Shown here: positions 63,673-64,000 of the stretch, piece by piece
Position numbering within the stretch: the stretch's first letter is position 1
Layout: each line of letters begins with the position of its first letter
Assembly (NCBI GenBank): GCA_017941735.1
Contig: JAGAVW010000042.1
Location: 236 to 64,235, forward strand
Reading direction: 5' to 3'
DNA from: Solobacterium sp.
GTDB lineage: Bacteria; Bacillota_I; Bacilli_A; Erysipelotrichales; Erysipelotrichaceae
DNA length: 64,000 nucleotides
Notes under the pieces: model-generated
The model's database searches: none
Told to the model about the DNA's origin: nothing
Seen by the model: the letters and a program-made list of their open reading frames with translations, nothing else
Program-made: the position numbers and the translations under genes

Positions 63673-64000
63673 TGCGTTTACCAGATGCCTATTTAGAAAT
63701 CATGCAGGCACTCTTACAGGATAACTTTTCGAACTATCTAGCATGTTTAGAAGAGGCACCCTATCGAGGCTATCGAATTAATCCCTTAAAAGTCGATGAA
63801 GAGACTTTTTTTCATGAGGTACCTTTTCCTAATGAAAAACATCCGTTCTGTAAGAATGGGTATTATTTTACAAAAGATGAAAAAAGCAGTGATTATGTAG
63901 CTTATTATGCAGGTCTTTTTTATCCCCAAGAACCTAGTGCTTCTTCCGCTGTCAATGAATTAGATATTTGTGAAAATATGGTTGTGTTAGATTTATGTGC
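63669..64000 (+). CDS. NOL1/NOP2/Sun (RsmB/RsmF-like) rRNA cytosine-C5 methyltransferase, 3'-truncated by the window edge
   Basis: Hand translation MMRLPDAYLEIMQALL...GLFYPQEPSASSAV...VLDLC runs open to nt 64000. ATGA overlap with the ribF stop. Not in the ORF track because there is no stop. Confidence 0.7.
   Translation, partial: MMRLPDAYLEIMQALLQDNFSNYLACLEEAPYRGYRINPLKVDEETFFHEVPFPNEKHPFCKNGYYFTKDEKSSDYVAYYAGLFYPQEPSASSAVNELDICENMVVLDLC

Noticed and set aside
1-64000. CRISPR arrays, transposases, integrases, phage genes, rRNA and toxin-antitoxin pairs
   Set aside because: I looked for regularly spaced repeats, DDE/tyrosine/serine recombinase motifs and small paired ORFs. None was seen in the sequence or the ORF translations.

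Overview
This is 64 kb of a low-GC monoderm (Bacillota-type) chromosome. Most of it is housekeeping operons on the + strand in Bacillus-like synteny: T-box-leuS; scpA-scpB; an OmpR-type two-component pair; a heterodimeric ABC exporter followed by lspA-rluD; rnhC divergent from cvpA-mutS2-uvrC; tRNA-Arg(UCU); tig-lon-engB; murG-murB-divIB; asp23-yloV-recG-rnc; polC; and rimP-nusA-ylxR-infB-rbfA, with truB-ribF further on. The one clearly accessory segment splits the normally contiguous rbfA/truB pair (about 51.6-61.9 kb). Its left part (51.7-59.2 kb) is visibly more AT-rich than the core. It encodes a compact, translationally coupled type VIIb-like secretion operon: two WXG100 proteins, a ~700-aa exported lipoprotein-like protein with SLH-like repeats and a Big_2 domain, an EssC/YukB-type ATPase with only one intact P-loop, and a YukD/EsaB-like beta-grasp protein. 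No recognisable EssA, EssB/YukC, EsaA/YueB or LXG toxin genes are present in the window. A radical SAM/SPASM gene converges on this operon and overlaps its 3' end. The right part is a polar amino-acid ABC importer operon behind what reads as a lysine (L-box) riboswitch. Three other sequence-level observations stand out. About a dozen operon-first genes have a (TGn)TAWAAT -10 box only 6-9 nt from the ATG with no Shine-Dalgarno, which suggests leaderless mRNAs. Two CIRCE/HrcA-type operators bracket the tig promoter. An array of alternating TTTCAAA/TTTGAAA half-sites sits between the divergent ABC and truB promoters. No CRISPR array, transposase, integrase or rRNA was seen. All calls come from reading the sequence and ORF translations by eye. 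No searches were run, and the lineage guess (Erysipelotrichia/Mollicutes-related) is inference only.
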